Source: Candidatus Dormiibacterota bacterium
GTDB lineage: Bacteria > Chloroflexota > Dormibacteria > Aeolococcales > Aeolococcaceae
Assembly (NCBI GenBank): GCA_963756075.1
Contig: CAVWMH010000006.1
Span: 51,845-115,844 of the forward strand
DNA: 64,000 bases
Reading direction: 5' to 3'
A program made the position numbers and the translations under genes. Under the pieces are notes generated by a model that saw only the letters and a program-made list of their open reading frames with translations, made no database searches and was not told the origin of the DNA. Below are positions 30,637 to 40,131 of the stretch, in pieces; within the stretch, counting starts at the first letter, position 1, and every line of letters begins with the position of its first letter.

Positions 30637-31464
30637 CTAACCGACCCGGCGATAGCTGCGCACGGCGAGCGGGACGAACACGATCAGCACCCCTGCCAGC
30701 CACACGAGGCTCTCCCAGAGCGCGGGGTTCAGCGGAAAGTGCGGACCGCCCAGTGCCATCGCGCGCATCGCGTTGATCACCAGCGTCACCGGTTGATTGT
30801 TGGCGAATACCTGAAGCCAGCCGGGCATGGTCGCAATCGGCACAAACGCGGAACTGACGAACGTGAGCGGGAATATCCAGATCAAACCGAACGCCTGCAC
30901 GGATTCCTCGTCCTTGATCGCCAGTCCGACGAACGCGGAAACCGAACACACCGCGACACCGAATGCCTCGGCGAGGAGCACCATCCCGACGGCGCCGGCA
31001 ACCCCATTCTGAAAACGAAAGCCCACCGCGTAGCCGACCCCGATGATGACGAGGATGACGATCAGCATGCGAATCGAGTCGGCGAGCAGCCTGCCGGCGA
31101 GCACGGCGGAGCGCGCCATGGGCATCGCGCGGAAGCGGTCGATGACTCCCTTGGTCGCCTCCTGCGCCAGAGCGATCGCGGTCGCGAAGGTTGCGAAAGC
31201 CGCGGTCTGCCCGATGATGCCGGGCATCAGGTAGTTGACATATCCACCCGACCCGGGCGCCTGAATGGCGCCGCCGAAGACGTACCGGAACAGCAGCACG
31301 AAGATGACCGGCTGCACCACCGTGAACACGATGTAGGCCGGAACGCGCATCCACACGAGGAGATTGCGCCGTGTCATCACCAGTGCGTCGCTGATCGCCC
31401 AGCGCGCCATCTGCCCAGCGCCGGGCCGGGTTCGTGTGATCGCACGTTCGGCGATGGCGGTCAC
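30637..31464 (-). CDS. ABC-2 type exporter permease (DrrB-like)
   Basis: QPVIFVLLF.YVFGG, YLMPG, DRFRAMP, FVSSAFVP, NQP. Confidence 0.92.
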   Translation of the reverse strand: MTAIAERAITRTRPGAGQMARWAISDALVMTRRNLLVWMRVPAYIVFTVVQPVIFVLLFRYVFGGAIQAPGSGGYVNYLMPGIIGQTAAFATFATAIALAQEATKGVIDRFRAMPMARSAVLAGRLLADSIRMLIVILVIIGVGYAVGFRFQNGVAGAVGMVLLAEAFGVAVCSVSAFVGLAIKDEESVQAFGLIWIFPLTFVSSAFVPIATMPGWLQVFANNQPVTLVINAMRAMALGGPHFPLNPALWESLVWLAGVLIVFVPLAVRSYRRVG

Positions 31465-32477
31465 GGCGTCACTCCTGTTGATGGGCTCTTGCGGCCTTTG
31501 CCCTGGCCGTCGACGGATGTTTCAGCTGCGTGACCGGTGACGGCAAGAAACACGTCGTCGAGCGAGGGCCGGTGGAGCGCAAGGTCCTCAGTGGCGACGC
31601 CGGCGGCGTCGAGCCGGCGCACAGCCTCGACGAGCGCAGTGGATCCGTGACTGCCGACTGCGACCTTGACCCGTCGGGTGTCCGCCTCGACGGTCGGGGC
31701 GGCGTCGGACAGCCCGGCGACGGCGTGTACCGCGTCATCGACTCGCGCTCGGTCGGGAACCGTGAACTCGAGAAGATCGCCGCCGACCTGGTCCTTGAGC
31801 TGATCCGGTGTCCCCGAAGCGATGACCTCGCCGCGGTCCACAACGACGACGGTGTTGGCCAGCTCGTCGGCCTCGTCGAGGTATTGCGTGGTGAGCAGCA
31901 GCGTGGTCCCACGGCCGACCAGCTCGCGGATGATCTCCCACATCCCGAGACGTCCCACGGGGTCGAGACCGGTGGTCGGCTCGTCAAGGAACAGCACGGA
32001 CGGCTCGGCGATCAGGCTTGCGGCGAGGTCGAGGCGGCGCTGCATGCCGCCCGAGTACGTCTTGGCAGGACGATCGGCGGCGTCCGCGATGTCGAAGCGC
32101 TCGAGGAGCTCGGCAGCGCGGCCACGGACGCTCCCTCGCGGCATGTGGCTGAGCCTGCCCATGATCTCGAGGTTCTCGCGGCCGGTCAATTCGAGCTGGA
32201 TCGCCGTCGCCTGGCCGGCGAGCCCGATGCGGCGGCGCACCGCGGCGGCGTCACGAACCACGTCATATCCCTCGACGACAACTCGGCCCGAGTCCGGCCG
32301 CAGCAGCGTGGTCAGGACACGAACCGCGGTGGTCTTGCCGGCGCCATTCGGGCCGAGCATCCCGAGTACGCTGCCGCGGGGGACGGCGAGGTCGATGCCC
32401 CGAAGCGCGTGCACCTTGCCGAAGGACTTGTGCAGCGCCGAGACCTCGATGGCGTAGCCGTTCTGCTGGACTTCCAT
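31461..32477 (-). CDS. ABC exporter ATP-binding protein (DrrA-like)
   Basis: GPNGAGKTT, YSGGM.RRLD, FLDEPTTGLDP, LTTQYLDEA. Confidence 0.94.
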   Translation of the reverse strand: MEVQQNGYAIEVSALHKSFGKVHALRGIDLAVPRGSVLGMLGPNGAGKTTAVRVLTTLLRPDSGRVVVEGYDVVRDAAAVRRRIGLAGQATAIQLELTGRENLEIMGRLSHMPRGSVRGRAAELLERFDIADAADRPAKTYSGGMQRRLDLAASLIAEPSVLFLDEPTTGLDPVGRLGMWEIIRELVGRGTTLLLTTQYLDEADELANTVVVVDRGEVIASGTPDQLKDQVGGDLLEFTVPDRARVDDAVHAVAGLSDAAPTVEADTRRVKVAVGSHGSTALVEAVRRLDAAGVATEDLALHRPSLDDVFLAVTGHAAETSVDGQGKGRKSPSTGVTP

Positions 32478-32620
32478 GGCCGACGAGGATAGGGCAACGG
32501 GGTCGCCGCGCCACCTGCGCCGCCGGGCGGCTACGGTGATTGGCTGCGGCACTGGGGGTCTGGGCGGCAAACAGAGCGCCTGCTGCCGTCGCTCAGCGGC
32601 GGTGTGACATTCTCAGCGCC

Positions 32621-32992
32621 GTGGCGTATCACGTGTCCGCCGACGAGTTCGAGCGCATCGCGGCCGATGCCCTGGAGAGCATTCCACCCGCGCTGCGCGC
32701 CCGGATGGATGCCGACAATCTTCTGATCACCATCCAGCAGGAGGCCACCCCCGACGATCGTGGCACCGGTATCGACGAGCGAGTGCTCGGCTACTTTCAG
32801 GGCGCGACCGAGTCGTCGTTCAGCGCTTCGGGATATCCCAAGCGGATCGTGTTACTGCAACACCACATCGAGAGATGGTGCAGGTCCTACGCCGAACTTG
32901 TCGACCAGGTGCACGACACGGTGCTGCACGAGGTTGGCCACTACTTCGGCATGACCCACGACGACATCGAGAAGACCCGGCTCCGCCACTGA
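32621..32992 (+). CDS. Zincin-like metallopeptidase family protein
   Basis: LGYFQG, TVLHEVGHYFG (HExxH). Confidence 0.85.
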   Translation: MAYHVSADEFERIAADALESIPPALRARMDADNLLITIQQEATPDDRGTGIDERVLGYFQGATESSFSASGYPKRIVLLQHHIERWCRSYAELVDQVHDTVLHEVGHYFGMTHDDIEKTRLRH

Positions 32993-33052
32993 GCCGACCG
33001 TCATCCGCGGTTCGGAGGAAGCGGACCGACGTCTGGAGGCGACCCTCGGCCG

Positions 33053-34409
33053 TCAGGTGCCGACAGGTACCGTCCCCCTGTGGACGCGACGCTTCTTGGC
33101 GGCGTACATCGCCGCGTCGGCGCGAGCCATCACGGCAGTCAGCGACTCTCCTTCGCGCGCAGTCGCGGCGCCGAACGAGAGGCGGAGCCCCGACACCTCA
33201 TTCGCCTGGATCCGCCGGACAGCGCTCCGCACTCGCGCCAGATACCGGCCAGCACCATGCTGACCAGTTTCCGGCATGAGTATCAGAAACTCGTCGCCGC
33301 CGACGCGGGCAATGCGATCAGAGCCGCGCGCGTGCTTGCGCAGGAGATTGGCGGCGGCGCGAATCAGCCGGTCGCCCGCCTCGTGGCCGTAGCGGTCGTT
33401 CACCGCCTTGAGGTTGTCGAGATCCGCGGCGACGATGCTCACCGAGCGCGAGTATCGGACCCGCCGGGCTTCCTCCGCCGCCAGGTGCTCGTCCCATGCC
33501 GCGCGATTCTCGAGGCCGGTCAGAGGATCGATCCGTGCTTGACGCGCGAAACGATCACGGTCGGCCGCCAGCTGTTCGCGCGACATTGCCTGCACGAGCA
33601 GCAACTCGGCAACCTCGGCGAGCGCATGGCCGATACGCTGGCAGAGGTTGGTGAACCCGCGCGCTCGAGTTGCCGCGTGGGCGACGACGAGGACGCCGAA
33701 GGGGTTTGGCCTTCCGATGGGGACGGCGAAGCGAGCCACGAGTCCCTGGTCACGCCCCAGTGCATCACCGGCCTCGGCCTCCGGCTCCAGCTCCAGCTCG
33801 ACGAACGCTCCCTGTTCCGCACGTGCGAACAGCGTGATGAGCGTGGCTCGGATCGCGCTCGAGTTCGAGGATGCCCTGCCAGTTTCGCGTCACGACTTCG
33901 GCGACGAGCTGGCCGTTGTAGTGCAGGAGCACGGCTCCGACCTCGCACGAGAGGGGTTCCGCCGCCTTCGCGGCGATGTGCCGCGCGGTCTCGACGACCC
34001 GCTCGGGACGATATTCGATGAGGTCTCGGATGGCATTGGCGACCTCCAATTCGTCAGCGAGCAACCGTGCCGGTGAGACCTGCTGCACCTCGGCGACGAG
34101 GTGCGCGGCCGCCGGGACAAGGATGGCGTCCGAGTCGGGTAAGGACTCGTCACTGCCGAAGACCACGAGGTGTTCTCCACCGACAGGGACCACCACGGCG
34201 TGCTTCGCCCAGTACGGCCCGACGATGCGCACCGGCTCGTCGGCGCACTCGAACCGGGCAGGCCGGCTGGAGCCATGAACCCGAGCCGCGATGGGCTCCT
34301 CATCGAGGGTCAGGTGGACGTTGCCTGTCCACCCCGCGCCCAGACCGCTTCCCCCAACCAGACTGACCCCGGCCGAAGAGATCTGAAACACGAGCGTGTC
34401 TCGTGACAT
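33053..34409 (-). CDS. GAF-like sensor diguanylate cyclase, frameshifted near 33870
   Basis: DPLTGLENR, DLDNLKAVND.YGH..GD, RVGGDEF, ADAAMY.AK. Confidence 0.85.
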
Positions 34410-34412
34410 GCA

Positions 34413-34510
34413 AGGAATCCCGCAGGGTTGTGCGCGCCTCGTCTCTCCGCCTTCCAGGTGCGAGGGACGCCCGCGGGCGGGAGTCTCACACATTCCCACG
34501 GGCAATTCCT
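34413..34510 (-). other. Structured leader immediately 5' of the GGDEF gene (candidate cis-regulatory RNA)
   Basis: Minus-strand pairings AGGAAT/ATTCCT, CCCGTGG/CTGCGGG and TGTGTG/CGCACA with G-U wobbles; inner hairpins. Confidence 0.4.
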
Positions 34511-34568
34511 AGCGCCCCCCGACGCCGGCGCGCCTGGTGACCCAATGCGCAATCGCGCTACGGCATGC

Positions 34569-36515
34569 TCAGCCCACTGCCACCGGTGTTGCAACCGGCG
34601 CAGCAATTCCGGTGACCGCGAGGATCTCCGCTTCGCCGAGGGTGTCGCGTTCGAGCAGCGCGTGCACGAGCGCGTCCAGCTTGTCTCGGTTGCCTGTGAG
34701 CAGCGTGACCGCCTGTTGCAGACACTCGTCACAGATGCGGCGCACCTCCTCGTCGACGAGTGCCGCGGTTGCCTCGCTGTATGAGCGCGTCAACGTGAGC
34801 GACTGACCCGGGTTGTCGCCGTCATCCGCCAGGCTCAGCACGCCGACTTTGGAACTCATGCCGTAGCGCACCACCATCTGACGAGCGATCGCGGTCACCT
34901 GACGCAGATCGCTCTCTGCGCCGGTCGTGACCACTCCGTACACAAGTTGCTCGGCGGCCCGGCCGCCAAGTGCTCCGGTGATACGACCCCGGAGATAGTC
35001 CTCGCCGTAATTGAACCGGTCATCGACGGGGCTCTGGACGGTGACCCCCAGCGACTGTCCACGCGGGATGATCGAGACCCGGCGTACCGGGTCGGCGCCC
35101 GGCTGCAGCAGCCCCAGGAGCGCGTGACCGGATTCGTGGTACGCGATTCGCTCGCGGTCTGCCGCGGTGAGTGAGAGCTTGCGCTCGGACCCTAATTCCA
35201 CCTTTTCGAGCGCAGCGGTGAAGTCGATCTGCATCACCGTCTGTGCTTCACGACGAGCCGCCGCGAGGGCCGCTTCGTTGGCGAGATTGCGCAGGTCGGC
35301 GCCGACCATGCCGGCCGTCAGTGAGGCGATGATGCCGAGGTCGACGTCCGCACCGAGCGGAATGTGCCTCGTGTGAATCTTGAGGATCTCGAGCCGTCCG
35401 CGGCGGTCGGGAAACGGCACCGTGATCCGGCGGTCAAAGCGCCCGGGACGGAGCAGCGCGATATCGAGCACGTCGGCGCGGTTGGTTGCCGCGAGCACGA
35501 TGACCCCCTCGTGCGGATCGAAACCGTCCATCTCGGTGAGGATCTGGTTCAGGGTCTGTTCCTGTTCCTCATTGCCCCCAAGACGCGCGCCCGTTGAGCG
35601 CGATCGACCGACGGCATCCAGCTCGTCGATGAACACGATCGCCGGGGCTGCACCGCGCGCCTTCTGGAACAGGTCACGCACCCGGGCTGCACCGACTCCC
35701 ACGATCGCCTCGATGAATTCCGATGCGGAGATCGAGAAAAACGGCACGCCGGCCTCGCCGGCGACGGCCCGCGCGAGCAGCGTCTTGCCCGTCCCGGGTG
35801 CCCCGATCAGAAGCACGCCCTTGGGAACCGTGCCGCCGAGACGCTGGTACTTCTCGGGTTTCTTCAGGAAGTCGACGATTTCGACGAGCTCGGCTTTGAC
35901 CTCGTCGATCCCGGCAACATCCACGAACGTCGTATCCGGGTGCTCCGGGTTGTAGAGGCGTGCCCCGCTCTGGCCGAACCGTCCGAGGATGCCGCCCGCT
36001 CCACCGCCTGCGAGCGCCGCGCTGCGACGCATCAGGTAGATGAGTCCGAACACAAACAGCAGCGCCGGTCCGAAGCTGAACAGGAGCGTTTCCCACAAGG
36101 GGGTGGGTGGGTTGGGAGGCTCGGCGAGAATGCTCACCTTGTTCTTGAGCAGGGATGCCTCGAGATTGTCTGACGCGAACGACGGACGCTGAGTCGCGAA
36201 GCTGGTGGCACTCGGCTGCCCCGCCCCGGCGCTGACCGCCTTCCTGGTGGTTCCGACGATCGAGTCACCGGTCGCCGTGACGTTCAAGACGTTGCCGGCA
36301 GCGACCTGGGCAATGAAGACGTTGTAGGGGATCGTCACCGAGGGAGCCTGCGTGACCGATTCGATGATCGTGGTGATGACGATGTTGAGGAGGAGCAGCG
36401 AGCCGATCACCAGCCAGAACCGTCGCCAGCTCATTGGGTTGTAGCCGGGAAGGTTCGGTGCACGCGGCGCCGGGGTCGCCGGCTTGCCGCGCTGATCAGT
36501 GTCCGGCGTTGCCAT
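34569..36515 (-). CDS. ftsH: ATP-dependent zinc metalloprotease FtsH
   Basis: Two TMs, [30 protein letters not shown]; TAAGCT lies 6 nt before ATG 36515. Confidence 0.95.
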   Translation of the reverse strand: MATPDTDQRGKPATPAPRAPNLPGYNPMSWRRFWLVIGSLLLLNIVITTIIESVTQAPSVTIPYNVFIAQVAAGNVLNVTATGDSIVGTTRKAVSAGAGQPSATSFATQRPSFASDNLEASLLKNKVSILAEPPNPPTPLWETLLFSFGPALLFVFGLIYLMRRSAALAGGGAGGILGRFGQSGARLYNPEHPDTTFVDVAGIDEVKAELVEIVDFLKKPEKYQRLGGTVPKGVLLIGAPGTGKTLLARAVAGEAGVPFFSISASEFIEAIVGVGAARVRDLFQKARGAAPAIVFIDELDAVGRSRSTGARLGGNEEQEQTLNQILTEMDGFDPHEGVIVLAATNRADVLDIALLRPGRFDRRITVPFPDRRGRLEILKIHTRHIPLGADVDLGIIASLTAGMVGADLRNLANEAALAAARREAQTVMQIDFTAALEKVELGSERKLSLTAADRERIAYHESGHALLGLLQPGADPVRRVSIIPRGQSLGVTVQSPVDDRFNYGEDYLRGRITGALGGRAAEQLVYGVVTTGAESDLRQVTAIARQMVVRYGMSSKVGVLSLADDGDNPGQSLTLTRSYSEATAALVDEEVRRICDECLQQAVTLLTGNRDKLDALVHALLERDTLGEAEILAVTGIAAPVATPVAVG

Positions 36516-36560
36516 CACCCAAGCTTAGGGGGATCGATGCCGGGTCCAGGGGCCGGTGGA

Positions 36561-36941
36561 CTACTCCCCGCCGTCAGGGATGACGTGGATGGCGGCCTCC
36601 TCTGCCGATGCGTCCTCGGGCTCGACCGAATCCAATTGATCCGGTTCACCAGCCAGCAGAGCGATATCGTCGTCGTCGCTCTCCGGTGCCTGAAGCGCAC
36701 CTGCTTCCGGCTCCTGCGATTCCGCCGCGCGATCCGGCTCCTCCTCGCTGAGTCGCTCATCGAGGGTCTCGCGCCGGTATTCGTCGACGTCGTGCAGCCG
36801 CCCAGCCAACGACAAGTCCCGGATGGCCGGGTCGTCCTCGTCCCCGCTCACCTCCGCGGGGTCAGGGTCCCCGTTCCCGAACGGCGCATCCGAGTCGGCG
36901 GGGGCGTCGTTCCAGGGGAGATCCTCGGGGTGATCAGTCAT
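36561..36941 (-). CDS. Acidic hypothetical protein (DUF5709-like)
   Basis: Very D/E-rich; ETLDERL.EEEPD and C-terminal SAEEAAIHV motif. Confidence 0.65.
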   Translation of the reverse strand: MTDHPEDLPWNDAPADSDAPFGNGDPDPAEVSGDEDDPAIRDLSLAGRLHDVDEYRRETLDERLSEEEPDRAAESQEPEAGALQAPESDDDDIALLAGEPDQLDSVEPEDASAEEAAIHVIPDGGE

Positions 36942-38802
36942 GTCCCCATGATGGAGGAACCGGACGGACCGCGTCCGGTCTCGGCGCATACAGAGCCTCG
37001 ATCTCTGCCGCAAAGCGCTCCGCGACGACCCGCCGCCGAACCTTGTACGTCGGAGTCAGCTCTACGCCGATGGCGAACTCACCGGGCAGCACCACCCAAC
37101 GTCGCACCTGCTCGACGTTCGCGAGACCGCTGTTGACCGTGCCCACGCGTTGCTGGATGGCATCGAGCAGGGTGGGGTGCCGCCGGAGTTCGTCTGGTCG
37201 AGTGGGAAGACCATGTCTGCTCGCAAAGCTCTCGAGCGCTGATGCGTCGAGTGTCAGCAGCGCGACGATGTACGGCCGCCCGTCGCCGATCACCACGGGG
37301 TTCGCGATCAACTCGCTGCGCAACGCATCCTCGATGTTGCTGGGAGAGACGTTCTTTCCTCCCGCAGTGATGATCAGATCCTTCTTGCGGTCGGTGATCC
37401 GCAGATACCCGTCGGCGTCAAGCGTGCCGATGTCGCCGGTGTGCAGCCAGCCGTCGACGACCGTCTCGGCGGTCGCCGCGGGGTCCTTGTAGTACCCCGC
37501 GAACACCACGTCACCGCGCATTTGGATCTCGCCGTCGCCGGCGATGCGTATCGCAACGCCGTCGACGGCCTGCCCGACGGTGCCGAGGCGTGCGTGGCCG
37601 CGACGGTTGACACTCGTCACGGTCATGTTCTCGCTCATCCCGTAGCCCTCGAGCACCTCCAGCCCGATCGCGTGGAAGAAGCGCAGCACGTGCACTGCGA
37701 TCGGTGCCGCTCCGGTGATCAAGGTGTGCGCCCGGTCGAGACCGGTTTGCTCGCGGATCCGTCGCAGGACCAGGCGATCCGCAACCCAAAGGCGCAACCG
37801 CTGCGTCCACGTCGCCGGCTCGTTTCGCTGCCGCCCGTCGACGGCCCGTTCCCCGACGGCGATCGCCCACCGCACCAGGCGGCGGCGCGCCGGCGGCATG
37901 GCATCGATCGCGGCCTCGATCGTCGCTGCCATCTTCTCCCAGACGCGGGGAACCCCAACAAAGCACGTCGGGCGGATGTCGCGAAGTTCCGCGGGCATCT
38001 CGGCGATCGACGCCGCGAACCAGAGCGCGTTGCCGGCGGAGTACAGGCGCACCTCGCTGTTGAGACGCTCGAGGATGTGGGCGAGCGGCAGATAGCTGAG
38101 GACACGGTCATCTGCCGAGAGATCGACGATCGGCCCAAGGGCGTTGATGGCAGCGATCAGGTTGCCGTGGGTTGCCATGACCGCCTTGGGCGGTCCGGTC
38201 GTGCCGCTGGTGTACACGAGCGTCGCGACGTCGGACGGCTGCACCGCGTCGGAGCGCCTGTCCAGCTCAGCCGCGACCTGTCCCAACGCATCGCGCCCAC
38301 GCTGGAGTGCGTGCTCCCAGGACGAGATGGCGAGTGCGCCGTCTCCGGAGGCTGAACCCTGCATGAGCACCACGCACCTCAGGTCCGGCAACCGATGTCG
38401 CATCTCCAGCACCTTGGCGAGGAGGTGCTGGTTCTCCACGACTGCGATCGGCGCATCCGAATGTCCGAGCACATAGGCCGCCTCGGGTGCGCTCAGCGTC
38501 TGGTACAGGGGTGCGGTACACGCTCGAGCGAGCATTGTCGCGGTGCTGCTGATGATGAATTCCGGCCGGTTGAACGACCAGATCGCGACGTGCTGTCCCT
38601 CCCCGAGCCCCGCATCGATGAAGAACGCCGCCAGCTCGCGAGCCTGCTCTGCGTACACGTTCCAGCCGGTCGACTCCCAGCGACCGCCGGCACGGCTGAA
38701 CATGGCCGGACTGTCAGCCCGCTCGCGGGCCTGACGCTTGAACAGCTCGACCAGCGTGCGCTCCTGCACAGGTCCGATCGGTAGCGCGGAGCCCGCAGTC
38801 AT
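36934..38802 (-). CDS. Long-chain fatty acid-CoA ligase (AMP-binding)
   Basis: YTSGTTGPPK, SYLPLAH, EGYGMSE, GWLHTGD, DRKKDLIITAGGKN. Confidence 0.92.
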   Translation of the reverse strand: MTAGSALPIGPVQERTLVELFKRQARERADSPAMFSRAGGRWESTGWNVYAEQARELAAFFIDAGLGEGQHVAIWSFNRPEFIISSTATMLARACTAPLYQTLSAPEAAYVLGHSDAPIAVVENQHLLAKVLEMRHRLPDLRCVVLMQGSASGDGALAISSWEHALQRGRDALGQVAAELDRRSDAVQPSDVATLVYTSGTTGPPKAVMATHGNLIAAINALGPIVDLSADDRVLSYLPLAHILERLNSEVRLYSAGNALWFAASIAEMPAELRDIRPTCFVGVPRVWEKMAATIEAAIDAMPPARRRLVRWAIAVGERAVDGRQRNEPATWTQRLRLWVADRLVLRRIREQTGLDRAHTLITGAAPIAVHVLRFFHAIGLEVLEGYGMSENMTVTSVNRRGHARLGTVGQAVDGVAIRIAGDGEIQMRGDVVFAGYYKDPAATAETVVDGWLHTGDIGTLDADGYLRITDRKKDLIITAGGKNVSPSNIEDALRSELIANPVVIGDGRPYIVALLTLDASALESFASRHGLPTRPDELRRHPTLLDAIQQRVGTVNSGLANVEQVRRWVVLPGEFAIGVELTPTYKVRRRVVAERFAAEIEALYAPRPDAVRPVPPSWGHD

Positions 38803-38825
38803 CCACGCAGCCTACGAGTCGTCGC

Positions 38826-39911
38826 TCAGGCGACCGCCTGCGGCATCTGAACGGCGTCGAGACACTCGTCGATGATCGCGCGGACGAGGCGGTCGACGCG
38901 ATGCTCGCCGAGCCGGGGTGCGTGCCTGGACAGACGCTCCACGATCTCCTGCTCGCGAGCGAGGTCTCGTTCCGGCATCGACGTGGCCAGCTTGCACTGC
39001 TGCACGGCCTCGACCATCGCGGCGCGGTGCTCGAGCATGCGGAACACGGTTTCGTCGATGGTGTCGATGACCGCGCGACATCCCGCGACTGAGTCGGGGA
39101 CCGCCGGACGGGTCATCGCGCTGAGCGCCCGGGACGTCTGCACGATCCGGCCCAGCATCGCCGGGGTGATTGCCTGGGCGGCGTCGCACAGCGACTCCGC
39201 CGGACTGGGATGGCACTCGACGAGCAGCGCGTCGGCACCGGCGGCCAGGGCAGCGACCGCCAGTGACGGCACCCACCTCGAGTTGCCGGCGGCGTGGCTG
39301 GGATCGACGGCGATGGGCAGGTCGGTCATGTCGCGGAGCACTGCGATCGCGCTCACGTCGAGGGTGTTCCGGGTCGCTGTCTCGAACGTCCTGATGCCGC
39401 GCTCGCAGAGGATGACCCGGCGGTTGCCTTCAGCCGTGATGTAGTCGGCGGCAGCGAGCCATTCGTCATACGTCGCGGACATTCCTCGCTTGAGGATCAC
39501 GGTCATGCCGCTCTGTCCGGCCGCGCGCAGGAGCGGGGTGTTGTGCATCGAGCGTGCTCCGATGAGGAGCGCGTCGGCGTGGCCGCGCAGCACCTCGATG
39601 TCGTCGCCGGCGAGCGGTTCCGCGATCACGGGTAACCCGGTGATGCGTCGCGCCTCGTCGAGCAGGGGAAGGCCGGCGCTCCCCAGGCCCTGGAAGGATC
39701 CTGGCCGTGTGCGCGGCTTGAACACGGACCCGCGCAGCGCGGACGCGCCTGCTCGACGCACCGCGACCGCGTGGTCGACGTAGCCGCCCTCGACAGCGCA
39801 TGGCCCGGCGATGACCGGCACCGTGTCACCGCCGACCACCACGGCGCCGATGTCCACCTGGTGTGTGTCGTGTCGTCGTGTCGCGCTGAGCAGCAGCGGC
39901 TCGATGGTCAC
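38826..39911 (-). CDS. aroF: DAHP synthase (type I-beta) with C-terminal AroQ chorismate mutase domain
   Basis: IAGPCAVE, FKPRT, FQGLG, IGARSM, KRG, LCERG, DPSH; C-terminal R..ID.ID...R...K...RD..RE; RBS GGAGG. Confidence 0.88.
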   Translation of the reverse strand: MTIEPLLLSATRRHDTHQVDIGAVVVGGDTVPVIAGPCAVEGGYVDHAVAVRRAGASALRGSVFKPRTRPGSFQGLGSAGLPLLDEARRITGLPVIAEPLAGDDIEVLRGHADALLIGARSMHNTPLLRAAGQSGMTVILKRGMSATYDEWLAAADYITAEGNRRVILCERGIRTFETATRNTLDVSAIAVLRDMTDLPIAVDPSHAAGNSRWVPSLAVAALAAGADALLVECHPSPAESLCDAAQAITPAMLGRIVQTSRALSAMTRPAVPDSVAGCRAVIDTIDETVFRMLEHRAAMVEAVQQCKLATSMPERDLAREQEIVERLSRHAPRLGEHRVDRLVRAIIDECLDAVQMPQAVA

Positions 39912-39923
39912 TGTGAGGCACCT

Positions 39924-40042
39924 CCGTGTGGTGATGGGCCACCACACGGGATCCGGGGCTGACCCATCTCTGATGAACCAGCCCTGGTAACGACTGCGCG
40001 GTCGGGTTAGTAGACCCCCGGCAGCCTTACGGCTGGCGGGCC
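39924..40042 (-). promoter_or_regulatory. Multi-hairpin 5' leader of DAHP synthase (candidate riboswitch or attenuator)
   Basis: GNRA-capped hairpin CAGCC-GTAA-GGCTG; 13-bp stem with three G-U pairs; 10-bp perfect stem overlapping the RBS. Confidence 0.5.
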
Positions 40043-40131
40043 AAAGTATCGACGCGCAGTTGCGGCCATTTCGCCACACACTAGCACAGCAAGCGCGTCG
40101 CGGATGCTCGGCTTGATCTGATCGTCCGAGC

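Noticed and set aside
39960-40000. CTGATGA followed by a hairpin, suggesting a hammerhead ribozyme
   Set aside because: The required GAAA after stem II is absent (GTAAC), and G-U pairing favours the opposite strand.
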